Part shown: positions 39,101 to 49,800 of the stretch, piece after piece
Layout: every line of letters begins with the position of its first letter
How positions within the stretch are numbered: position 1 is the stretch's first letter
DNA from: Amoebophrya sp. A120
Lineage: Eukaryota > Protista > Dinoflagellata
Length of the DNA: 64,000 nucleotides
Direction of reading: 5' to 3'
NCBI GenBank assembly: GCA_905178155.1
Contig: CAJINV010000001.1
Span: 13,590,702-13,654,701 of the forward strand
Notes under the pieces: model-generated
What the model saw: the letters and a program-made list of their open reading frames with translations, nothing else
Told to the model about the DNA's origin: nothing
Database searches by the model: none
Translations under genes and position numbers: made by a program

Positions 39101-39707
39101 TCTACACGACTGGGGTAGAGACAGAGAAAAAACAGAAATAGGCGCACAAGTTACAAAAATTTTACGCAAGCCTTACTTTCGTCAATTTCCCGAGCTCGCT
39201 AGGAGCAAGTTAAGAATTATGGATATTTGTTATGCGCGCGAGAGGTTTATAGTCCACATCACATGCTGCGTCCCGTGCAAACCCAGCGGTTTGGCGGCAC
39301 AGTTGTTTGCAAAATATCCGAAGGCAAACCGCTATGGAGAGCCGTTTTCTGCGAAACCACTAGGAGGATATGAAGTGATAGGAAAAATTGTCAATATTTA
39401 CGCTATGGTCTGGCCAGGAAAACCCGTTCTCAACAGAGTCCCACGACCATCAGATGTAGTACCGGTAGAAGCATTTACAGCAGATGACTCAGCAGAAGCT
39501 CGCCTTTTTCGTTTCAAAAACGCGTTGTACGACTTTATTTTGTCAATCATAGACGAGACAGAATCAGTAGCAATCCCGCTCAGAATTGGACAAGGCTCAT
39601 GCGCAGGCGGACAAAAAGAATACTGCGCAGTGATCGCCAAAGCCATCGACGTCGCATTTCGAAACAATGTTGACGTCAGTATTTATGAGAAGCCGTGCGC
39701 TCTATAA
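36195..39707 (+). CDS. Reverse transcriptase - RNase H - DIRS-type methyltransferase-like - macrodomain-like polyprotein
   Basis: RT: KIRVISD, GIDFMDSFGHW, CPFGIGPAPGEND (after insert removal), YVDD, WLG. RNase H: YMDAA..GWGG, INELEALAV, TDN, NIIADALSR. MT: VDCFAD..WWFPP. Macro-like tail. Introns at 37340..37467 (non-canonical) and 38280..38373 (GT-AG). Confidence 0.88.
37340..37462. mobile_element. TAT...ATA inverted-repeat intron inside the RT PFG motif
   Basis: Left end tatctcgtgaaaacattttttaacggat; reverse complement of right end tatgcgtgtgaaaacagttttttcggat. Flanks ATCGG/CCGAG. Removing the insert plus 5 nt gives PFGIGPAPGEND. Confidence 0.8.
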
Positions 39708-40249
39708 TATCAAACACACACATCTTACCTTGGGATACTCTGGAATTAGCGCCCAGACTACATGTTTGTAGCATGTGCTCTGTTCTAGTCCTATCTGGAA
39801 AACTCAGATCACTTCAAGATCAAGACCTCGTGGGTCTCTCGGTCTAGATCGCGTGTGTGTGTGTCGGGTACTGAGCTTGTACGGTCGCTCAGCAAAATAA
39901 TTACGAAACCTTTTCTCTACGACAACAATTTAGATCGTCTTACAGTCACGCGTGAGAGCGTTTGCGATTTGTGTAGAAACATTTTTTTGGATTACCTTTA
40001 GTACACTATTTATTTTCCATTGATACTGATTCCTTTGTTACACAAGACAAAACTGCATTAGCCAACGAGTGCGGAATGAGATGCCACCAGCGGGGAGCAA
40101 AGATCTTTCCTGCTAGCGCTATGGTTTCGAAGATTTTTACGACGTGTCAGGAAAACGCAAATGAAACGGACCAAGACACACCATCCAAGTTATCAGACGC
40201 GTGTTCTTTTCCGGTATACTATGTGACGGCGGCGAGTTCGCGGAATTCT

Positions 40250-41150
40250 TCAGTCAACCCTTGCCGTTCTTCCGATGCATCGACCAGGTCGCGCGGGAGT
40301 TCCGCGGCGGCCCCAAACGACCGGCCTCTGGGGGCTCTAGTGGAGACAGCCAAAAGGGCCGCGCAGATTCGGGGCCGCAGCCTGGTGGAAGTCTACGAGT
40401 GCGCCGGGCAGGTGGCGAAGTCTTCCCGGGTCGATGGTTCGCTACGCCGGGAGCTGCGTCGTGCCCACTCCGCCCCCGGGCGACGCCGCCTACAGGCGGC
40501 AGCGCCGGCGCCGGGGCTTTGCCGCAGCGCGGCCCCCCGGGCAGCCCGCGGGCTTCCCTGTCGCCCCAGGGGCCGCCCACCAGCTGCAGGGATATGGCGC
40601 CACTGCGCGCGCGGCGCGGGGGATGATCGCGGAAAAAGGCTCCCGGAAAGTCCGGGAGGAAGAAGCGCGGGGGCGCGGCAAGCAGCTGGCTAACACTGAG
40701 CGCGGGCGGGGCGCCCCCGCGTGCGCTGCCGTTTGCCGGGGAGAATGCCCGGGCGGGCGGGAACTTGCCGCGCCGCCCCCGGTGTGGGGTGCGCCGCTAT
40801 TCGGGGCCTGCCGTACGCCGGGGCGGCGGCAGTCTGCCGGCCCCGCGCGCCGGCTTGCGCGCCCGCTTGTTGTTGCGGGCGGCTGCGGCGTGCTGCGCGG
40901 CGCCCATGTGGGCGACAGGCCCCGGGCACTGTAGGCGCGCCGCGCTCGTAGCGCCGCCGCGCTTGGGGATCGGGCCGGGCCCCTCCCTTGTCGTGCAGCG
41001 GGCGCTCCTGGTCTGTAGTGCGGCGCCTTTGCGGCCGGCCGGCCTCGGTGATTTCGGGCGCGCGCACTTCGTTGGCGTCGTCGCACTTGTTCCGCCGACG
41101 GCCAATTGCCTGCCCGCTGAAATAGCTCGGCGCCGCCGTGGGGCCTCATT
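40250..41150. other. Very GC-rich island, no credible protein
   Basis: Abrupt shift to very high GC. The overlapping R/A/P/G ORFs on both strands are typical of stop-codon depletion. Confidence 0.55.
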
Positions 41151-41663
41151 TGTAAGTAACTGCTTCAAGGGTTTTGGGCCAGTACAAAGTGCGGCCGTTC
41201 TCGAGTATGGCGCAGCTGGCAAGTTTGGCTGCTTTGCGCAAAGCGGTGTCCCTGTTCCAAATTTCAAGCAAGTAGCGAGCTGATCCGTCTGAGTATACAT
41301 AGATCGTGTTGCGTTTCGGCAGTTTTTCCCAACCGATCTTGCCTAGGCCATTTGCTGAAGATCATGTGCTGTCGTTTACTGAACTCGCGATCTTGTAATG
41401 TTATTTGCCTCTTGTGACCGGTTACAGTATCGAAAAAGCGATGGGCGTTCTGAAACCGAGAAATCAAAGCAGGACATACGACGTTTTCGCACTAGCATAT
41501 CCTCTATGCACGCTGCTTTTTCTACGAATTTTTACCTCTCATCTGAAGAACCGCTCGTGTCTTCCTTTCTCGACGCACCTCCTTTTGTTTCTAATCCTAT
41601 TGACGCCGGTTACCTGGCAGCACTGACATTGTTCTCTATCAAACCATTCGTTTGAGGGCATTC

Positions 41664-44600
41664 ATGTCGATCAGAATAAACAATGGCGAATCCGACGGGA
41701 GCACCGGCAAGACCGTCTCTGTAGATGAGGTACTTCGCCTCTTGCAAGCTCCGGTCAACGACGCAACCCTCGATGAGGCGCAAAGCCATGGAGCAAGTGA
41801 TCGGGATAGCAAACCGGCGCCGGCAGCAACCACAAGCGCTTCGCGAGTTCTCGGCGAAGGACGAGAAGCAGACGTCCTAGCCAGTGTTTTACAGAACTAC
41901 GCCGCTGAGCTCGTTCCACCGCTCCCGGAAGACGAGATCTCCGAGGCGCATTTCACAAGTTTTCATCTCGGACGCGGGAGTTCCGACCACATTGCCGTTT
42001 TGGCCGACTACGCGAACCCACATGACACGCCCGGTCTCGCACTAAAATGGAGTCGTCGCGTGTTTGGCGCAGAACCCCTCGCCGAGTGGCAGCAGAATTT
42101 TTGTGCGAAGGACGAAGCTGTGTTCGTGCACGCCATCGCAAATCAGACATCGGACTGGTTTGCGCGGTTCTCGGGGGCGAAGGACCTGAATGCTGCAGTC
42201 AAGACGGTGTTCGGCGCCAGTGTGTCGGGGGTCGAAAACAAGCAAGCCGACTTGGTCACGATAGCAGCAGGAAGCGACGGACCAGAGAAAAGTGAACATC
42301 GCGCTGTACTTCGCTACGGCCATCGCTGCATGGCCGTCCTTTTCGCAACTCATTTGGTGAAAGCGAACAGCGGAGGCCTGGTAGTCGTTTTGGATGCGGA
42401 AGAGGTGGGCCAAAGGTCTCACCAGGAGCGGCGAAGCAGAGAGCTTGCAACCGTCCTCAGCTGTCTCTTCGAGGAAGTGAATCAGTATTCGGAAGCTATC
42501 GTCTGTTTGCGGCGGCGCGATGCTGACGGCGCGCAACGAGAGCTTCTGAAAGCCTTTCGCGCCGCATCAGAGAAACTAGCAGCTGGCGTTGAGCGCACCT
42601 TTCTTTTTGGCGACGAGGCGGTATTGAAAAGTTCTAACTCTGATGGCACTGTACGCAGCTTGCTGGAAAATCGCACCCACGCAAGAACTAATGACGAAAG
42701 GGAGGAGGAACCAGCAGCGAAGCGACGGCGTGTGGAGACGCTGAAGCATCGAAAGGTTTGTGAGGAGTACATAGGAACGCCGCAGACCCCTGGGGCGGGC
42801 CATTTCGAGTTGAGCATACCATCGCTGACGTCAGGTAGCAGAGCCAATTCCGAGGTCATTCTTTCTTTGCGAGCCGACACGCTAGCGAAGTCCGCAGAGC
42901 AGGATGTCGTTGGTGTTTCTCATCAGCCCGGCTTCGAAATGGAGCGGAACGCCGCGGAATACGGGTCGCTTATGGTTGCTGTGAGCGCCGGGAACTTCGT
43001 AACAGGCGGGGAGCGAAAGGTAGAAGGAATAAAAAAGTGGCTTGCGAGCACAGAAGCGCTGGAGAGGAACAGGCACAGCAGTTCGAGGGACTCAGGGCGA
43101 GATGAACATGTTTCTGACAAGTTTGGATTCGCTTGCCGCTTCTCATCGATGGTCCCCGAATCTTCCCTCTCGAAATTCTCGGATGCCCTATCTTCGCTTG
43201 CGTCTCGCCAGGGGGAAGCTACGGAGCTAGATTCGCACTGGCACCACAATTCCACTTTCCGTCAAGAGGGACCGTGGCGAGCATTCCTGCCGTCAATGCC
43301 AGATCTTTCCAACAGCGAGGTGCGCACGAACCTTGGTTTTTTGCAGAAATTGTTCGCGGGGCGAAGAAGTGTGCCGACGCGAGATGAAGGGAAAAAGTGC
43401 GCTGTCATCGCTATGGTCGACGCCACACCCGCACCGCAAGCCCCGAAAGAGACTTCATCGCCACTGCGGTTCAACTTGAGTAGAACACTCCGCGTAGGGG
43501 TTTTGCGGTCACCGCACGACGCGACGACATCGATGGAGCTTTTAGCCACCACTATCCTGGAAGGGCTGCAATTATTACAAAGTGCTGCAGGTGAAGATCC
43601 ACCAATGTCCACGTGCAGTTTAGTCCTCCGATTTCGGAGCGCGCTGCTTACTCGAACTGAAGTCTCACTCATGCTTCTCGTGGCCGCTTGCTTCCGCAAG
43701 ATCACTATCCAAGCGAGCGACTGCGCACCGCCTTTCGCCTTTGGTGGAGGTGATCGGTTTTTAGTCGCAACGGGCGGAAACCATTCGCGGATACAAAAAT
43801 TGGCTGAGACGCTTGCGAAAAATCCCGTCGCGATTCGCGACCCACGGGGCCCATGTATCCATCCGGTCTACGTGTCAACAGGAAGCAGTTTCAGAAAGTT
43901 CATGCGGGACCGAAACGAGGCGTTTTTCGCACGGGAAGTGGCTTTATTAGAGCAGTATCTGTCGAGGACACAAGTGCCTACGGGTTTCACTTCTCAAACC
44001 AGTCCAAGCCCAAACGCAGATCATAATGAAGCGCATTCTCGCCACCTTCCGGTCGATTTTCTCGCGACCACGCTAGCGATTCGAGACTTGTCGTATTTCT
44101 TGAAGGACGAGCCAACATCATCGTCAAGTCACCAAGCAGCAGTAGACGCCACCACGCGGTGGAGGTCACCAGCTATTTACTACCTCTACTTCGGGACCTT
44201 CGACCCCTTTCACGAGAATCACGTTGCGATGGTTAAGCACGTGCTGTCACGCGGTGACGGCGTTCTGCTGTTTCCCAACGAGGACACGAACCCGCTGAAG
44301 AGAACAAAAGTCACCCTCGCCGACAGGATTGAGATGCTCTCTTGTCGAGTGGGAGAATTTGCAATAGAGGAAAAAAACAACGAAATCGCAGCCGCGGTTG
44401 CCAGCAAGCGTCTGCGAGTGGTGCAGCTCACTACGTCTTCCAGCAGCGTCGACAAGGATTTTTCAGTATCATCGACAAGTTCTTACGACCCTGAACTCGC
44501 ACAGTTAGGGACGAATTGGCCTGGGCGGTTGAAGTGCCGCTCAGTCCTCGAGCGGCAACTGAGTCTGGAAACCGGACGCGTCGTCCGTGTTGGCTTCATG

Positions 44601-46370
44601 CTCGGGGAGGACTCTTGGCGTTCGAGTTTGAAACGCGCAGATCAGCACAAGCAGTCCGGCGTGTTTGCTTTGTTGAAAGACAAGAGAATCGAGGAGGCAC
44701 AAGATCACCTGGCGAAAATACCGCGGCCGGATGTGGATAGGAAATTGATTCTCGTGTTCCCCCGATCGGTGGAAGAAGCCCAAAAAGCCGAAAAAGCCGC
44801 GGGTCGGGAAGAGGTGGACCGGTTTTGGGTCGGGTCAAATTTCGCGCATCTCGTCGGCTATGCCCGGGACTACGAAGACCCAACGCAGGAGTTGTCTTCG
44901 ACGAAGCTGCGGGCACAGCTCGCGGAGAAGAGCGGACGAATACCGGCGAATCACCTCCACCCTTCGCTCGTGGAATTCGCGCGACAACGAGGACTATACG
45001 AGGAGGTTTCAACTATAACACCAGCGGGGCATAATTCGCTTGTTGAAGATTTTCGTGAGCAATCGCGCACCGCAGTCGTCGGGAATAAAGCAGCAAATGC
45101 GCATCATCTTCAAGCAATCTCGCAAGAACAGCAAGCTGGAAATAATGATCAAGTCACTCCTGCGTTTCCACAACCTTCCTCTTCCTCGCGCGTTCGCGAG
45201 CACTACGACGAGCGCACCGTGCAGGCAGAGGCGCAAAACCGCAAGAATTCGGCTTCCGTCCAGTCGCGGAACACGCACAACTTGTTGAAAAGCTGTGTCA
45301 TCTTGCGCTACCTGGAGCTCGTGCGGAAGCTTCTGCCGAGCGACAAAAAGTTTTTATCGCTACTGGACTTGGGGATCGGGAAGGGCGGCGACCTCGCAAA
45401 GTACCGCAATGCGGGGGTGCTGCAGCTGTTCGGCGTAGATATTTCGGGAAAAAGTCTTCAGGAAGCACTACGGCGGGCACGGGAAGAGGCCGCGAAGGAT
45501 CAGCGGGCCAGGCACGGGGAGCTGAAGAAACTGGCTGATACGAAGCTGGAGTTACTGCTCCTCGAAGGCAATTCCTTTTCGCCTGGGGCGGAACTGCGGT
45601 TCGATTCCTACGATTTCGGCACGAGCAGGGTGGCAGCGACGAAGAACCAAGTTTGGTTTCACGCCGTGGCTTCCATGTTCGCGTGCCACTACGCGTTCAG
45701 CTCCGAAGCCAGCGTCCGCGCGCTGCTGAAGGCGGTTTCCTCCCGGCTTTGCGAAAAAGGGGTCTTCTTCGGCGTCATCCCCGACATGGACAGTATCGTG
45801 GAACACTGCCAGAAGTCGTCGGACGAGAACAAAGACACTACTAGCTCCGCACCGTGCTGGAAAACCGACTGCTTTTCCGTCGAGTTCTTGGACAAAACAG
45901 CGTGGAGCGCGGCACAAAGGTTGGGCAACCAGAATAAAGAACAGGGCAAAAATATTAATGCAGCAGGAAGCGAACAACAACTCGAGGTGGATCCCTTCGG
46001 CCACGAGTACTCCTTTTCTTTCGTCGACGGTGTGGAGCAGCTTTCCGAGCCGCTGGTCTACTGGCCTAAGTTCGCGGAATTGGCATCGGAGTATGGCTTA
46101 GAGGTGGTGCAGAAGCAGCGACTGTCGGATCTGGTGCCGCTGCGAGCAAACGCAACAGAACCGTCCACGATCAGCAGTGGCGGCGACACGGAGCGACTAA
46201 TTCGGCAGTACCATTATAAGGGCGGGCTAAACCCGGTCATCGGAGATCTGTACTGCTGCTTCGCGTTTCGAAAGACACAAAGCACTGTGATGACGCTGAG
46301 AACTTTGCAAGAAGCGATCGCAAGCATGGTGGACACGCACAAGATTCATGAAAAAGTAGAAAGCATGTGA
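41664..46370 (+). CDS. Multidomain protein: 2 degenerate CMTR-like folds, HIGH-family (NMNAT-like) nucleotidyltransferase, mRNA cap guanine-N7 methyltransferase
   Basis: Intronless ORF of about 1570 aa. NTase: YFGTFDPFHENH...LGED...LSSTKLR. RNMT: VREHYD, RNTHNLLKS, LDLGIGKGGDLAKY, GVDIS, MFACHYAFSSE, YSFSF..VE..EPLVYW. The CMTR-like resemblance is weak. Confidence 0.8.
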   Translation: MSIRINNGESDGSTGKTVSVDEVLRLLQAPVNDATLDEAQSHGASDRDSKPAPAATTSASRVLGEGREADVLASVLQNYAAELVPPLPEDEISEAHFTSFHLGRGSSDHIAVLADYANPHDTPGLALKWSRRVFGAEPLAEWQQNFCAKDEAVFVHAIANQTSDWFARFSGAKDLNAAVKTVFGASVSGVENKQADLVTIAAGSDGPEKSEHRAVLRYGHRCMAVLFATHLVKANSGGLVVVLDAEEVGQRSHQERRSRELATVLSCLFEEVNQYSEAIVCLRRRDADGAQRELLKAFRAASEKLAAGVERTFLFGDEAVLKSSNSDGTVRSLLENRTHARTNDEREEEPAAKRRRVETLKHRKVCEEYIGTPQTPGAGHFELSIPSLTSGSRANSEVILSLRADTLAKSAEQDVVGVSHQPGFEMERNAAEYGSLMVAVSAGNFVTGGERKVEGIKKWLASTEALERNRHSSSRDSGRDEHVSDKFGFACRFSSMVPESSLSKFSDALSSLASRQGEATELDSHWHHNSTFRQEGPWRAFLPSMPDLSNSEVRTNLGFLQKLFAGRRSVPTRDEGKKCAVIAMVDATPAPQAPKETSSPLRFNLSRTLRVGVLRSPHDATTSMELLATTILEGLQLLQSAAGEDPPMSTCSLVLRFRSALLTRTEVSLMLLVAACFRKITIQASDCAPPFAFGGGDRFLVATGGNHSRIQKLAETLAKNPVAIRDPRGPCIHPVYVSTGSSFRKFMRDRNEAFFAREVALLEQYLSRTQVPTGFTSQTSPSPNADHNEAHSRHLPVDFLATTLAIRDLSYFLKDEPTSSSSHQAAVDATTRWRSPAIYYLYFGTFDPFHENHVAMVKHVLSRGDGVLLFPNEDTNPLKRTKVTLADRIEMLSCRVGEFAIEEKNNEIAAAVASKRLRVVQLTTSSSSVDKDFSVSSTSSYDPELAQLGTNWPGRLKCRSVLERQLSLETGRVVRVGFMLGEDSWRSSLKRADQHKQSGVFALLKDKRIEEAQDHLAKIPRPDVDRKLILVFPRSVEEAQKAEKAAGREEVDRFWVGSNFAHLVGYARDYEDPTQELSSTKLRAQLAEKSGRIPANHLHPSLVEFARQRGLYEEVSTITPAGHNSLVEDFREQSRTAVVGNKAANAHHLQAISQEQQAGNNDQVTPAFPQPSSSSRVREHYDERTVQAEAQNRKNSASVQSRNTHNLLKSCVILRYLELVRKLLPSDKKFLSLLDLGIGKGGDLAKYRNAGVLQLFGVDISGKSLQEALRRAREEAAKDQRARHGELKKLADTKLELLLLEGNSFSPGAELRFDSYDFGTSRVAATKNQVWFHAVASMFACHYAFSSEASVRALLKAVSSRLCEKGVFFGVIPDMDSIVEHCQKSSDENKDTTSSAPCWKTDCFSVEFLDKTAWSAAQRLGNQNKEQGKNINAAGSEQQLEVDPFGHEYSFSFVDGVEQLSEPLVYWPKFAELASEYGLEVVQKQRLSDLVPLRANATEPSTISSGGDTERLIRQYHYKGGLNPVIGDLYCCFAFRKTQSTVMTLRTLQEAIASMVDTHKIHEKVESM

Positions 46371-46896
46371 TAGACCTTTTTTCTCACCGAGAGGTTTTTA
46401 CATAACGACGAGACGCGACAATCACGACTTACTTTGGTTGATGGCAAGGGGCCCCGAACCTGCATAATCTTTGTGAGGGATCTCACAACTGCAATTGAGT
46501 GTTCGGAGATGAAAAAGGATCAGTTTATTTGTTTGTGCCCGCGAGATCTGTCTAGATCCACGTATGTATATGCTGAAGCCTTCGACTTCCATACAGTAAC
46601 CCGAGACTTTTCGTGAATACATTTGGCAGTCGAAGTAGATGATCTGTCTTTGACGGCACATTTTTTCGGTTTTATTTCTGATTGGTCGCTTCTAATACCT
46701 TCGGGCCGCTTGATAAGTTTTCGAAAACTATCTTCTGCTTTCAAACTTAACGTTGAATCCTTCACACTACCACTCCACCTACACTCCATCCTTATTTACT
46801 TGCCGGAAACTGAGCATGAGGCTGCTCGCTCTGCACTCCTCCTGCATCTCTACTTCTGCTAATATGAGGTAACAAACCTTGAACTAATTTCTTGCC

Positions 46897-49800
46897 ATGG
46901 CGACAGCCCGGCAGCTGTACGCGGTCTCGTGCGAATGTCCGCACGGGTTGCGGATCGAGGTGGACTGGCAGCCGGGCGACGACGTGACGGCAAGTTTGTT
47001 CATCGACCACTTGCTGGTTTGCCAGCGACAAAACCCGTTTTCCACGAGCAGCAGTGGCAAATGGATGCATTTCCCGGTGCGCGTTCGGGATTTGCCGCTC
47101 ACAGCGCGCATAAATTTTCAGGTGGTACGCGAGAACGGGGGCATCTACGAGACGGTTTTGCATTTGTTTCAACCGGACGCAGTGCTGAAACAAGGGCGGC
47201 AGTTGCTAATCCTGCGCGACCCGTTGGAGTTGGCCATAGCCGAAGAGCAGGACGAGGTTGATGAAAGCAATGGTGACAGCACCGAGACGGCTGATATAAT
47301 TAGAGTGAGGTAACAAACCAAATCTGGAACTTCGCGGTTGAGTTCTCATCCGGCCGGCCGGCCGGATGAGAACTCAACCACGTCACCGGCGGAATCGATC
47401 CGGCCGCCCGGCCGGCCCAGTCGTCTTCTCCCCTCCCTCAACCGGTGTGGACCCACTCTCACTCTGCTCCCCCGCTGTCCCGCCCGAGCCGCGTTTTATT
47501 TACTATGCAAAAAGCCCCTGTTGTCATGCAAAAGCAGCGGAAAGCGCCGAAACCGAGAAAAACAGACGCTAATAGTAATTTATTACTCCTTTATTTGCTT
47601 TTCACACCACCAGGCAGGGCACTACTCCCAGTTCCGCGCTGTAGTGTTGTTTTGCTATGCAAAAAGCCCGTCTCTTGTCATGCAAAAGCAGCGGAAAGTG
47701 CCGAAACCGAGAAAAACAGATCATATGTTGCTTCTTCTTCAACTGCTACGACTACTACTGGGCGCTGCTACGTACAACTACTGCTGGGTGCTGCAGTACA
47801 CACTTACTACAACTTGGTTGGTCGGTGGTTGGTTACTTGGTTGTTGGTCGGTGGTTGGCGTGCCGTCGCGATTCGAGAAGCCTAAGTGCAAGGCTTTTGC
47901 GTGTGGCACTCACGAGAAGGAGAGCGCGCTCCTATTTTTGGAAGCAATACGAGAAGAAAAAGCACAAAAGTGAGTAAGTAACTTTCTTTATCGTGTCGGA
48001 TCCTCTAGAGGGATCCTCATCCTGCTCTGGCCAGTTTTAAATTGCAACTGGAAGACCCTCTTCATTTTTGATCAGAATTAGATCCGCATCCTGGCGCTGG
48101 CTGGCATTGATCATTTACGATCTTGCGCACGCTTACATGGTCGATACAGAGGGCGCGCTTCGTCTGCCGCGGAAGGTTGCGACTTGTCCCTGCGGGTTGC
48201 GAGTCTGGTTTAACTCGCAACCAAGTAACCAGTAGTAGTTGTACGTAGCAGCGCCCAGTAGTAGTTGTAGGAGTTGAAGTAGAAGCGACGTATGATCTGC
48301 TTTTCTCGGTTTCGGCACTTTCCGCTGCTTTTGTATGACAAAAGAGGGGCGTTTTGCATAGCAAAACAACACTACAGCGCGGAAGCGGGAGTAGTGCCCT
48401 GCCTGGTGGTGTGAAAAGCAAATAAAGGAGTAATGAATTACTATTAGCATCTGTTTTTCTCGGTTTCGGCGCTTTCCGCTGCTTTTGCATGACAAAAGTG
48501 GGGCTTTTTGCATAGTAAAAACGCGGCTCGGGCGGGACAGCGGGGGAGCAGAGTGACAGTGGGTCCACACCGGTTGAGGGAGGGGAGAAGACGACTGGGC
48601 CGGCCGGGCGGCCGGATCGATTCCGCCGGTGACGTGGTTGAGTTCTCATCCGGCCGGCCGGCCGGATGAGAACTCAACCGCGAAGTTCCAGATTTGGTTT
48701 GTTACCTCACTCTTACAGTTTCTTCGCCCACTGCAGAGGCAGAACAGGAGTTGCTGAATTGGGACAAGTTACTGGATCTCGCGGACCGTGGACTCCTCGC
48801 GGAAGGCGGCGGCTTTGCGCGTGAGCACATCCAGAATCTCGCGGACGATGCTTTGCATCGGCTGGGAAAGGAGGTGCTGACGGTCCACTTACCGTGTTTC
48901 ACGTACCCGGTCATCTGGGGCGAAACCACGTACGCGGATTCTGTGGCGGTGCGACACATGTACGCAACCAGCCCCAACGCGCCCCCGGTGCTGCTTGCGG
49001 GGGCGGATGAAGCGGTCCCTTGGACGACGAGCTCTCAAGACGGAGATGATGACGACGCTGAAAATGTTGAACCCTGCATCAACAGCGGCGAGTTGTCACG
49101 TGCAGAAAGAGGGGGCAGTACGAACCCAAAAAATAGCATCACGCCTTCCAGCTCCAAAAGCACGGCGGTTTCGCTGATGGACGTGTTGTCGCAAACGTGG
49201 TATCCCGACACAGGCGTGGATGCACACAGCGGGCTTGGCAGGTCGCACTTTGTCGTGCTCGTGGATCACGAGCTGGAAAGCAATTTCGAACATCCCGCGC
49301 ACCTCAAGTACCTCAAACTTCAAAAGGGCGAGGGTGGGGAGAAGGAACAGAGTCAGGTATTGTAAAATGAATGTAGACTGATGTTAGAAACAAATTCATG
49401 GATCCACCATTTAAGATGAGAATTCGGGGGGTAGTTCGTTGGGTGTCGCAAGATGAAGAACTCACATTGTAAATAGACTCTCCTTTTCAAATACCCCAGG
49501 GCGTCCTCCGTCCGAACGGGGAGGAACTCACCCGGTTGAACGAGCTGGTCCGGCGGCCAAAACGGACGTACAGTGTGGAGGAGAAGTTGTTGCTGTACAA
49601 GTTTCGGCACTCGCTGATGGACAAAAAGGAGGCCCTGGTGAAGTTTTTGCTCGTGGTCGACTGGCTGGACGCGGCGGAGAAGAAGCACGCGCTCGAACTG
49701 ATGTCGCAGTGGCAGGCCATCGACACGGATGACGCGCTAGCGCTGTTGAGCAAGGATTTCCGGGGCGTCGCCGAAGTGCGCCGGTACGCGGTGGACCGGC

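Larger units (their letters stand above)
28474..39707 (+). mobile_element. Tyrosine-recombinase (DIRS-order) retroelement, gag-YR-RT/RH order, with accessory ORFs; ends not defined
   Basis: Co-linear gag-like zinc-knuckle ORF, YR ORF and RT-RNaseH-MT ORF. No terminal repeats were recognised, so the boundaries are approximate. Confidence 0.8.
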
